From an uncultured delta proteobacterium (GTDB lineage: Bacteria > Desulfobacterota > Binatia > Binatales > Binataceae): a stretch of DNA of 64,000 nt. A program made the translations under genes and the position numbers. The stretch is taken from positions 269,743 to 333,742 of the forward strand of contig CAVZFW010000001.1 in assembly GCA_963774705.1 (NCBI GenBank), in the 5' to 3' direction. Shown piece by piece: positions 21,559 through 30,765 of this stretch (the stretch's first letter is position 1; each line of letters opens with the position of its first letter). The notes under the pieces were generated by a model, which was not told the origin of the DNA, did no database searches, and saw only the letters and a list, made by a program, of their open reading frames with translations.

Positions 21559-22314
21559 TCAGGCTCCTGCCTGCGAGCGGCGGAGCCATTCGTCGAAACC
21601 GATTCGGCCCAGGCACGCTTCGCCCAACGGCACGAGCGAGTGCTCCTCGACCCGGCCGCCGAAGTATCGGGCCTCGGGATCACTTACAACCTGGCGCGGG
21701 TCGCCGACCGCCTTCAGATAGCGGGCAACGACTTCGTTGAAAGGTGCTCGTTCCGGGCCCGCAATCTCGACTATGCCATTGACCGGCTGGCTCACCGCTA
21801 CCTCGGCCACGATGGCGGCGACGTCGTCCGCCGCGATGGGCTGGAACAGGCCGGGCGAAATCCTGACCATGTTGCTAACCGCACTTGAAGTGGCGATGCC
21901 GCTGAGGAATTCCAGGAACTGGGTCGACCGGATGATGGTGTAGGGGATGCCGGAGGTCTCGATCAGTTTCTCCTGGGCTACCTTGGCGCGGAAATAGCCA
22001 TTCTCGGGCGTCCGGTCCGTTCCGACTACGGATAGGGCGATATGGTGCCGCACGCCGGCTGCGGCTTCCGCGGCGTGAAGGTTGCGGCCGGAAGTCTCAA
22101 AGAATTCAAGCACCGGCGTGTCTTCAAATGAGGGGGAATTGGCAAGGTCGATCACCACCTGCGCACCAGCCAAGGCCTCTTTGAGTCCCTCGCCGGTGAT
22201 GGTGTTGACGCCGCCTTTGGGCGAGGCGGCGACGACCTCCTGATCACCTCGCCGCAGAATGGCGACAGTCTTCGAGCCGATCAGGCCGGTGCCGCCGATG
22301 ACAACGATTTTCAT
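21559..22314 (-). CDS. NAD(P)H-binding NmrA/SDR-like oxidoreductase
   Basis: MKIVVIGGTGLIGSK Rossmann motif; 251 aa intact. Confidence 0.8.
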   Translation of the reverse strand: MKIVVIGGTGLIGSKTVAILRRGDQEVVAASPKGGVNTITGEGLKEALAGAQVVIDLANSPSFEDTPVLEFFETSGRNLHAAEAAAGVRHHIALSVVGTDRTPENGYFRAKVAQEKLIETSGIPYTIIRSTQFLEFLSGIATSSAVSNMVRISPGLFQPIAADDVAAIVAEVAVSQPVNGIVEIAGPERAPFNEVVARYLKAVGDPRQVVSDPEARYFGGRVEEHSLVPLGEACLGRIGFDEWLRRSQAGA

Positions 22315-22779
22315 GTTTAGCCTCCTTGTCGAAGCCTAGAGTTCTGCGCCTTTCAGGGCTCGCTCAGCGCGGTCGTGGTACTTTCAGGTAACAGGAAAGG
22401 CGTTCGCACCATTGCCGACACGGAATCTCGACGTTGGCCGGTCCGCACGCCGCCCCGCGAAAGCGAGCAAGTGATCGCGCCTAGCGGGTAAAATCAGACA
22501 GCCCACACCAATTGTCAAATGTTGCGGATCGCCCGCATGATCAAAGGGCTTCCTTAATTGGCCACTAGCAGGGTATTGGTCAAAGGGTTGAATCACGAAG
22601 TTCGCTCAGTCTGATGACGTGACGAAGTGAGTATTGAGGTTCCGGGTGGGTCGTTACCGAGTTGGCCGTGGCAAGTACGACTTGCCAGTGATTCGATTCA
22701 TCCGCTGAGACAGAGCTTTGCGATTCTCAGCAGGTTATAGGCGGTGCCGACCAGTTAGGCGGGATCAACCTGTTCATCG

Positions 22780-23045
22780 GTAAGCGGCCCTACGCCGCGT
22801 TCGGCAACTCGATCGGCGATCAGCAGATGTTGGAGTGGACCCAAGCGGGCGACGGTGCACGATTGATGATGCTGGTTTTGCATGATGACTCAGAACGCGA
22901 GTACGCGTACGGTCCCGCTGCCGGTTTGCCGGATAGCAAGGTCGGTACGTTCTCCCAGGCGCTGTATGACGAGGCCAAGTCCAAAGGCTGGACCATCATC
23001 AGCATAAAGAAGGACTGGAAGCGCATTTTTGCCTTCGAGAAGTGA
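22780..23045 (+). pseudogene. C-terminal fragment of a HAD-superfamily hydrolase (5' part missing)
   Basis: In-frame GKRPYAAFGNSIGDQQMLEW (HAD motif IV GDxxxD). ORF 22827..23045 ends ...KGWTIISIKKDWKRIF. No N-terminal catalytic DxD region; stops upstream. Confidence 0.45.
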
Positions 23046-23335
23046 GATGACGATGCCGAACAGAGGCTCGGCTTATGCCATCGAGAGATTCTCGATGGCA
23101 CGGCGTTTTTCAACACCCTGCTAGTTGGCTGATTAATTGCGCTTGAAGCTTGACCCACGCTCCGCACAGCTATTTCACGACGGCACTTTGAGCGACGCTC
23201 TCGGTATAGCGACCGCTAATCGAGCAGCACGACGGCCGACGTGACGATCGTGCGCTTTAGAAGTATTCAAGCGCGACAAAGGAAGAGCCGGATTGATGCC
23301 GGCCCTTCCTTAACTGCCAATCAACGATTGCCGTT

Positions 23336-24199
23336 TCATGCAAGGACGAACCGGAACGAGTCACCTTTCTTTACGATCTTCCCAGCCGATGGTGTCGCGA
23401 AATGCGTCCCCAGTACGATCGTTCCTGTATCCGCGTAGCGCTCGCAGAAGGCACGGCGCGTCTTCTTCGCATGCGCCAAATCGACGTCGAAGTTGTCGTC
23501 CCATTCCGGATAACGGCATTGAATCGGATGATGCATCATATCGCCAGTAATTACCGCGTTCTGACCTTTCGATGAAATCCGCACTGAGAAATGACCGGGC
23601 GTATGTCCAGGCGTTGCTTCAAGCCACACTTCATCCGAAAGTTTGCCGCCGTCATCTACCAGGTCCGCCAACCCATGATCGAAAATCGGCCGCACTGAGT
23701 CTTCCACCGGCGCTTTGAAGAAGTCGTCCTGCTGACGCGAGAAGAAGTCCCATTCCGTGCCGCCGACCAGATAACGCGAATTCGGAAAAGTGGGCACCCA
23801 CTTGCCGTTTTGCAGCATGGTGTTCCAACCCACGTGATCGACGTGCAGGTGGGTGCAGATCACGTTGGTAATCAACTCGCGGGCGCAGCCCGCCGTCTTC
23901 AAGTCTTCGAGGAAGGGTAGATGCATCTGGTTCCACTCGGGAAAGGCCGGACGTACCTTGTCGTTGCCGATGCAAGTGTCGACGATGATCCGCTGATCCT
24001 TCGACTCGATCAGCAGCGAATGGACACTGAGCTTGATTTTCCCGGTTTCGTCGGAAAACGCGGGATAGAGCCAATCGGCCTCTTTGCGAATATTTTCGGC
24101 GGTCGCATTCGGTAGCAGCATCGTGCCGTCCCATCGCGCCTCCGATTCAACAACCCGCGAGATCTTGACGTCTCCAATCTTCCACTGATTCATGCGCAT
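23336..24199 (-). CDS. MBL-fold metallo-hydrolase (lactonase-like)
   Basis: CTHLHVDHVGW (HxHxDH) and a downstream TPGHTPGH motif; 287 aa intact. Confidence 0.8.
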   Translation of the reverse strand: MRMNQWKIGDVKISRVVESEARWDGTMLLPNATAENIRKEADWLYPAFSDETGKIKLSVHSLLIESKDQRIIVDTCIGNDKVRPAFPEWNQMHLPFLEDLKTAGCARELITNVICTHLHVDHVGWNTMLQNGKWVPTFPNSRYLVGGTEWDFFSRQQDDFFKAPVEDSVRPIFDHGLADLVDDGGKLSDEVWLEATPGHTPGHFSVRISSKGQNAVITGDMMHHPIQCRYPEWDDNFDVDLAHAKKTRRAFCERYADTGTIVLGTHFATPSAGKIVKKGDSFRFVLA

Positions 24200-24353
24200 G
24201 CACTCCTCTAATCTGTGAATTTAATCCCTTACGATTCCCGCCAGTTCTGTCGACCAACATCAAGAGAGAAGGAAAAGCTATCACGGTGACACCAATGCCC
24301 CAAAGCGGTGCCGGCTAATCGCCCACACTCCAATCAGGGAGCCATCCGCTGGC

Positions 24354-24752
24354 ATGAAGCTGGCGGCCGTCTCGAACTGGATATTGCTCCACTTGGGCGC
24401 AATACATCCCGGCAACCCCGTTTCCGTATATCTCCAGGGCGCGCCAAACGGACATCGCCGAGTGTCGTCCGGACGAGCCGTTTGGCGCCGCATCATGGTA
24501 GGTACTCGTTCGCCTCGACCCAAACAGATCGACAGGGTCGCGCTAAACAGAGTCAGGAACATCGCGCGCAAAGTTCACAGCGCTATCGACCGTCGCACCA
24601 CTCGCCACTCGGGGTACGCCATCAGTCAGATCAAGCGAAAACGGGTGGAAGATATCTTCGGTTGGATGAAGACCATCGGCGGATTGCGCAAGACCCGCTT
24701 GACCGATCGTGGGAAGGTGGCATTGCGATCCGAGCTTGGGTTGGCGTTTTAA
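24354..24752 (+). mobile_element. Truncated IS5/IS4-family DDE transposase C-terminal fragment
   Basis: ...QIKRKRVEDIFGWMKTIGGLRKTRLTDRGKV... matches the conserved C-terminal block of IS5-family transposases. No N-terminal DDE region or terminal inverted repeats were identified. Confidence 0.5.
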
Positions 24753-25097
24753 GACCAGGCGGCGACGCCATTTGTTTCGGTATCAGCAACACAACGAAAA
24801 GGCCGGATTTGCTGCTGTGTTCAAGACCGCCAGATACTAGACAATGTCTCGGGCAGCCGAGCGCGATTAGCCGGCCTGCACGATGCAGTTTCGCAACGAT
24901 CGCGCGCTATTTTCCCACACTTAATCCAAAACTCCCGACCGACAGAAACCGCATGATAAGTCCCGCTGGACGAATCGATATCGATCTTTGCTGAGACAGG
25001 AGCAACACAAAGTACGTCCCAGCCAACATTGGCGAAGTTATGAGAAGGTGAGTTCGGATATATTCTTTCGTCGCCACCTTCTACTTGTCCGGTTCGA

Positions 25098-25631
25098 TTG
25101 GCTCCGGCATGCGGCGTGCTTATGGACCTGCAGATATTCGATGAGCTTTCCATTGAAGCGCGCAGGAGGAATTACGTGAGGCTCAAGAGGTTGCGGGAGA
25201 ACTTACCGCAGCAATCGCACTACGACGACCAGCTGGCTCGCACTTGTTTTAATATCGACAGACAGATTACCGTCAAGGAGTTACGGGCACTGCATCGATT
25301 ACTGATCGATAAAGCGATGGCAATCGAGATGCTCGCCGCGGAGCGGGTGTTCAGCGCCCGGCTGAACGAGAAATTAGCCGGAAAAGCGCGATTGCTGCGC
25401 AAAGTCGCTCGAGAACTTGAACCCTTGCGACGGGCCGCGGCGAAGGCACGACGCACCCTGCAGTGCTGCGGGAGCTTGAGCTGTCCCGGCTTCCCAACGA
25501 TAGCCAACGGCCAAAAGTCAAGATTGACCCCTACTACCACTGACCTCTTTCCGCGACAATTTAGCGAGCGGTCAGGCCGAAACCCGCATATTGAACGCGC
25601 GCGGCCTTTCAACGAGAGGAATGACTGCTGA
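25098..25631 (+). CDS. Hypothetical protein in the low-GC island (possibly itself a remnant)
   Basis: 177-aa ORF in AT-richer sequence with no recognisable motifs. Overlaps the next fragment by 40 nt. Confidence 0.25.
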   Translation: MAPACGVLMDLQIFDELSIEARRRNYVRLKRLRENLPQQSHYDDQLARTCFNIDRQITVKELRALHRLLIDKAMAIEMLAAERVFSARLNEKLAGKARLLRKVARELEPLRRAAAKARRTLQCCGSLSCPGFPTIANGQKSRLTPTTTDLFPRQFSERSGRNPHIERARPFNERNDC

Positions 25632-26020
25632 TTCCAAGCTGGCGAGGCGCCAGTTACTGCCTCGAATTCTAAAACCACTAAGGCCAAACCTGATCGCACT
25701 AAAAATTAAGCGCTGGTATAGCCACGACCAAAATCACTCGTGGAACCCTTCAGGCTCGCCTTCAGCGTACGTGAAGTATCGCGTTAGGCGGGCGGTTGAG
25801 TTCCTCAGTGACTTCGACGATCGAGCGGTGTTAGAGGCGGCGCGGCGTCGTCGAGTTGACGGCGTGATCTGCGGCCATGTCCATCGCGCCGAATAACGGC
25901 TGATTGGGCCCATCTGGTACATCAACGACGGTGATTGGGTACACAGCCGTACGGCACTGATCGAAGACTATCACGGCGCGTTGAGTCTACTACGATGGAA
26001 CGGACACCGCGAAACGTGCG
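25591..26020 (+). pseudogene. Metallophosphoesterase C-terminal fragment (LpxH/calcineurin-like), frameshifted
   Basis: VDGVICGHVHRAE then stop. After a frame change, the sequence reads RLIGPIWYINDGDWV..., the typical GHxH...GDW end of metallophosphoesterases. Confidence 0.45.
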
Positions 26021-27250
26021 TCAGTCACTGACAGCGATGACCAAACGAAAGCGTCATGAACTACCACAAGGCCCTCCGGCGATGGACGTGGTTTTTCTTT
26101 GATGCCGGCCACGACCAACGAGCCTCGGCTACTGCGATGAACGCAGTAGCCGAATAGCAAATGCGGCGCTGGTACATTCGCGTCGTAAACGTGCCCGACG
26201 CGCTCGACCCAGTCGACTGCATCCGTGTCCGCAAGTGGCCAAGCCTTTCGGTGCAAGGATCGATGACCAGTCCTTACCAAAGAGCGGTTTTTGGCGCGAA
26301 CATCAAATTGCGCCCGGAACGATGAGCGGCGGTGCTGGCTGTTTGTGTCCAAAGTCGAAAATGCTCATCAGATCTCCGTACGAACCGCTCTCGTAGCCGT
26401 CGCGCTTGTACCAGTTGTTGGAGCCCAGCGATGGATTCGGATTTCAATCAGTGCGGCAGGCGGCGTCACCGGATTCCCGCTGCCATCTCCGTAGTACGCG
26501 ATATCTCCTGTTCCCAGATAGATGAAGCTGGCACCGGTGCCACCGATAATTCCCTGGTGGAAGCTGTCGCTCAATGCGTAGTGGTCAGCGATGAACTTGA
26601 ATACCGGTGCGTCTCCCCGGCATGTTGTAGAAGCCCATCGCAACTCCGCCCTGATGCGTACTCTGATTGGTAAACGGAATGGGTGTGGGTTTCCCTTCGC
26701 TTCCCATCTCGGCGGTTGTAGCCACCCATGGGAATAGATCGCTCCTTCCTTCATCGAATTGCTGCCACATCTGAAAGAACCGATGGACCGGGTCGCCGGC
26801 GAACGAGTTCTGGTACGCGGTGAACCTGCTGATCTGAAAGGGTCCACCAGGCAGATTCGCGGAAAATCGCGGATCGGGTTCGTTTGGCTTGCGGCCAAGC
26901 GCATAGGTCGTATTAGGTTGTGGCAGCGTTGCGAAAACACTCGTCCGCGTCGGCGCGATCGAATAGTGATTGGTATCGGTCGCCTGCCACTGTTCAGATC
27001 TGCCGGCGTTCGGCCCGGGCGCGCCGTCCGCATCCACGATCACCTGAGAGAGCAGATTAACCACGTGCTGCCCGCTCAACGGTTTATAGGTGGCGAACAG
27101 ATGATCGAAGCTCCGATTTTCTCCGACAATTACGACCAGGTGACAAATCGGCGTTTTCGGGCTGCCGTTTGCGATCGCTTCGAAGGGCGCCATCCAAAAG
27201 CCGCCAGTCAATGAGATAGCGACCACCATTTTCGTGATTGCTCGCTTCAA
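25990..27250 (-). pseudogene. Phosphoesterase-family protein (phospholipase C/acid phosphatase AcpA, PF04185) with signal peptide, at least 2 frame changes
   Basis: 26585..27250 has MKRAITKMVVAISL signal and the family-defining VVIVGENRSFDHLFATY. 26368..27033 carries FKFIADHYALSDSFHQGIIGGTGASFIYLGTGD in another frame. Further C-terminal pieces lie in 25990..26352. Confidence 0.65.
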
Positions 27251-27491
27251 TCGATTTTCCCTTCACTCGCCCTCGTCGACGACCAGTTCAATGGGTCCCA
27301 TCAGCACCTGAAAGACATGGGGGCCACGAAAGTAGCGGTTGAATTCGCCGCCAACATACTTCCAATTGTCGCTCGGATCGAACCAGGCTTCGGTCGGGGG
27401 TGTACAAAGCAGTTTTGTGAGAGATCGGCGGCGCGGCCGCGCGGTGTCCTCACCGAGCGCGTATCTAATCACAATTAATTTGCGGGATATT

Positions 27492-27569
27492 TTGGTGGAC
27501 GCACCAGGACTTGAACCTGGGACCCCTTGCATGTGAGGCAAGTGCTCTAACCGGGCTGAGCTATGCGTC
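27492..27569 (-). tRNA. tRNA-Val (anticodon CAC), CCA encoded
   Basis: Hand-folded from the reverse complement: acceptor GGACGCA/TGCGTCC, D-arm GCTC-AGCCCGGTTA-GAGC, anticodon stem CTTGC/GCAAG with loop CTCACAT, T-arm CCAGG-TTCAAGT-CCTGG, discriminator A, CCA; 78 nt. Confidence 0.9.
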
Positions 27570-27816
27570 CACTCGGGGATCGGATTATTGCGCCGCAGCC
27601 GTGTCGCTCGCAAGAGTGGGACTGGTGATTTATCCGGCTGCGCCGCGCGCTTGTCTGCAGACAATTGACGCTGATCTGGCAGACTGATACCTCTGACGCT
27701 GATCCGGCGGACGGACACGTCGAGTGGACGCATCGCCGGGGCCCCACGGGTAATTCAAGCGATCGCCGGCTTGGTCTGCGGACGAATGAGCTTGCGGTGG
27801 AGGGGCGGGACGAAGG

Positions 27817-28709
27817 CCACATGAGCACCTCTAGCATCAACTCCCAGGTCAGCGCCGCGTCGATTTTCCATCGCGATGTCCTGCAGTACCGCGAATACAA
27901 GTTGCTGCTGCAGGCGAATCGCTTCAGTCGTCCGCAGGAGTTCCACAAGTTCTGGAAGATCACGCGGCGCGTGGCGAAGGAGCTGGGAATCGCGATTCGC
28001 AAGCGCGGCAAGCCGATGGAGACGCATCTGCGCGAGGTAATCTTCTTCGACACGCCGAAGTTTCGGCTCTACAACCACGGCTTCATCTTGCGGCGACGGA
28101 CGTTTTACGCGAACGGCGTGCCGCGGCCCGAGTATGAACTGACGCTCAAGTTCCGCGATCCGGATCTGGCGACGGCAACGGAAGTCGACGTGCGGCCGCT
28201 GGTGCCCTGCATCAACGTGGTCAAGTTCGAAGGAGGAGGTCCTGCTGCCTTACGACCAGATCGAGGGTGTGCGCATGATCTATTCGCATAGCTGCGAGCT
28301 CGATACCCCCAACACCATTTTGACGCAAAGCTTCCAGACCATCTGCGAGGTCTTTCCGGCACTGCTGCGGACCGGGGCGAAGGCGAAGACCGCGCTCTCG
28401 GTAGTCAACGGAATCGCGATCGAAGAGGTGCTGGTGAACTTCGGTGAAATCGATTTTGGCGACAAAATGACGGCCAAGGCTACGCTCGCAATCTGGCGCA
28501 ATCGAATGACCCAGGAGCATTTTATCGGCGAGTATGGATTCCAGCTCAGGTTTCGTTCGCCGGGGGGTTTTCGCGGCGAGCCCAAGGAGCTGTCCGAGGC
28601 CTTTTACCTGGGCCTGCAGCGTGAGGCTTCCGAGTGGATTGAGATGGGGACGACCAAGACCTCGATGATCTACCGGATGGGGAAGACGCCGGTGTTGAGA
28701 AACGAATGA
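27817..28709 (+). pseudogene. Unrecognised protein of about 297 aa, possibly CYTH/triphosphate-tunnel-like; one frame change at about 28230-28240
   Basis: ORF 27665..28291 (frame 2, from MSTSS) and ORF 28269..28709 (frame 3) join seamlessly as ...CINVVKFE|EEVLLPYDQIEGVRMIYSH... across the G/A-rich run gaaggaggagg. Alternating charged motifs YREYKLLL, EYELTLKF and GEIDFGD are weakly CYTH-like. Confidence 0.5.
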
Positions 28710-28727
28710 AGGGTAAGCATCAACGCG

Positions 28728-29384
28728 ATGAATGAGGGTAGCCGGAGCGACGCCAACCTGCGTGAAGCATCGCGGGTGCCCAAACGCCCGAGTCTCGGCG
28801 AATTGTTCAAGGTTTTCCTGACGGCCGGCGGAATCAGTTTCGGCGGCGGCGTGGTCGCGTACCTGAGGCAATACCTGGTGAACGCGAACGGGTGGCTGGA
28901 CGACGACGATTTTCTCGATGCGCTCGAAGTCAGCGAAACGCTCCCCGGTCTGAACTCGGTCAACATGAGCGTGATCGTGGGCGATCGGATGCGCGGTGCG
29001 CTCGGCGCGGCGGTCGCGGTGGTTGGGCTGATGCTGCCCGGGATGGTGGTGATGATGACGCTCGGCGTGCTGTGGGATCAGCAGCGTCACAACGTTTACG
29101 TGAACCATTTTCTGGTCGGCGTGGCAGCATCGGCGGTAGGCCTGCTGCTGACGGTGACGCTGCAACTGGGGCATAAGCAATTCGTGCGTCCGCTCGATCT
29201 CATCTTGATGGCGGTGACGTTCGGGGCGGTCAGCGTGTTCAAGGTTGCACTCGGCTGGGTGTTGCTGGTGGTCGGTCCGATCGCCGTATGGCTTTACCGG
29301 CCGCGCGGCGCGGTTGAAACGGCAGAGCGCTTCGTCCACTTGCGCGAACGCTTCCGTTCGCATCGATCGCATTGGCGGCATTGA
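28728..29384 (+). CDS. chrA: Chromate transporter ChrA, short-chain CHR half 1
   Basis: FKVFLTAGGISFGGGVVAYLRQYLV and LPGLNSVNMSVIVG are CHR-family signatures. Confidence 0.85.
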   Translation: MNEGSRSDANLREASRVPKRPSLGELFKVFLTAGGISFGGGVVAYLRQYLVNANGWLDDDDFLDALEVSETLPGLNSVNMSVIVGDRMRGALGAAVAVVGLMLPGMVVMMTLGVLWDQQRHNVYVNHFLVGVAASAVGLLLTVTLQLGHKQFVRPLDLILMAVTFGAVSVFKVALGWVLLVVGPIAVWLYRPRGAVETAERFVHLRERFRSHRSHWRH

Positions 29385-29941
29385 GCGGCATGAGCAAGAT
29401 CTTCAGTTTGGCGTGGATTTTTGCGCTACTCGGAATCCTGGCGGTCGGCGGCGGCACCGCGGTGCTGCCGGAGATGCAACGAATGACGGTCGATCAGTAC
29501 CATTGGGTGACGGCCAAGCAGTTTCGCGACATCTATAGCCTCGGCCAGGTCGCGCCCGGGCCGAATATGCTGATGGTCATGGTTATCGGCTACCGGGTGG
29601 CGGGTTATCTTGGCGCGACGGTGGTCGCCTTCGCATTTTTCATCCCGGATTGCATTCTGACGTTGTTCGCGAACCGGATGTGGCTGCGATTTTCCGATTC
29701 GCCATGGCGGCTCTCGATCCAACGTGGGTTGGCGCCGATTGCGATTGGGCTGATGCTGTCCGGCACGTATTCGATCGGACGGCTGTCGATCCATAACTGG
29801 TTAAGCCTGGGGATCGCGGCGGCGACGCTGAGCGTGCTGCTGTGGCGACGGGTGAATCCGCTGCTGCTGATCTCGGTTGCGGGCATTTTGTATGTGCTTT
29901 TTGGACCGAATCCGGTCAGTGCAATTGGGTTAACTAACTGA
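29372..29941 (+). CDS. chrA: Chromate transporter ChrA, short-chain CHR half 2
   Basis: LGILAVGGGTAVLPEMQ...LGQVAPGPNMLMVMVIGY. Overlaps the first half by 13 nt, suggesting translational coupling. Confidence 0.85.
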   Translation: MAALSGMSKIFSLAWIFALLGILAVGGGTAVLPEMQRMTVDQYHWVTAKQFRDIYSLGQVAPGPNMLMVMVIGYRVAGYLGATVVAFAFFIPDCILTLFANRMWLRFSDSPWRLSIQRGLAPIAIGLMLSGTYSIGRLSIHNWLSLGIAAATLSVLLWRRVNPLLLISVAGILYVLFGPNPVSAIGLTN

Positions 29942-30277
29942 AAACATTGGATAAAATTGGGTTCGTTTTGTAGAATTCCGTCAGTGACGTCTGGCCCCTT
30001 TTAATGAGTTGCCCGCGCCGGGGGAACGACGCGGGCCGGAGGCTGGGGCGCCCGCTTAAAAGGTCGGCTTCGGACCAGGCAAACAAGCACCCCTCGAGGT
30101 TTAGGAGGACAACCCTCTTGTAGCACTATGCGCCTTTTGGTTGTGGTTGGATAGTGGGCCTTTTCTGACACTGAAAAATATACCTGGCTGACGGCGATGC
30201 ACTCGCTGACGTCCTCCGGGCGCCAGGGCTCAATATCGTGCATTTACGCTTACTGGAGCGGCGTGAGACGCAACGAC

Positions 30278-30284
30278 AAGGAGG
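30278..30284 (+). promoter_or_regulatory. Shine-Dalgarno (AAGGAGG) for the PPOX gene
   Basis: aaggagg lies 7 nt upstream of ATG 30292. Confidence 0.6.
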
Positions 30285-30291
30285 AGTGCGC

Positions 30292-30723
30292 ATGAAGATT
30301 CCCCAATCGGTACGCGAACTGATCGACAGGGCGCCACTCGCTCATCTGACCACCCTCAATGCGAAAGGCGGCCCGCAGGTGACGGTCGTCTGGGTCGGAA
30401 TCGAGGACGAGGAGTTCGTGATTAGCCACCTGGCGGTGCATCAGAAGGTCAAAAACATCCGTCGCGACGCCAGAGTTGCGCTGTCCATGCTCAGTGACAA
30501 GACCAACGCGCAGGGCCTGCGCGAATACGTGGTGATTTACGGTGACGCGCGGGTGACCGAAGGCGGCGCGGTGGACCTTTTGCACCGCCTGGCGCCAAAG
30601 TATCTGGGTCCGAAGGCCGATTTTCCGCCTTCTTCGATGCGGAACATCGCAGGTTACGTGACGCGAATTACGCCGGCGCGCTTCGCTGGGATCGGACCAT
30701 GGGCCGCGCAAGCCGCCGAGTGA
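30292..30723 (+). CDS. Pyridoxamine 5'-phosphate oxidase family protein (F420-dependent PPOX class, TIGR03618-like)
   Basis: MKIPQSVRELIDRAPLAHLTTLNAKGGPQVTVVW... typical PPOX-class split-barrel N-terminus. Start trimmed to the SD-supported ATG. Confidence 0.75.
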   Translation: MKIPQSVRELIDRAPLAHLTTLNAKGGPQVTVVWVGIEDEEFVISHLAVHQKVKNIRRDARVALSMLSDKTNAQGLREYVVIYGDARVTEGGAVDLLHRLAPKYLGPKADFPPSSMRNIAGYVTRITPARFAGIGPWAAQAAE

Positions 30724-30765
30724 GTGGACGACTCCAGGTAAAGCGCGCGAGCAAAGGGAGCCGGG

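Noticed and set aside
24308-24994. 228-aa plus-strand ORF
   Set aside because: Wrong frame of the IS5-like transposase fragment. The transposase-like block is in the 24354 frame.
29942-30291. 350-nt intergenic region between chrA and the PPOX gene as a possible structured ncRNA
   Set aside because: It contains GC-rich imperfect palindromes (cccgcgccggggg...acgcgggccgg), but I could not fold a convincing conserved structure or terminator by eye. Left unannotated.
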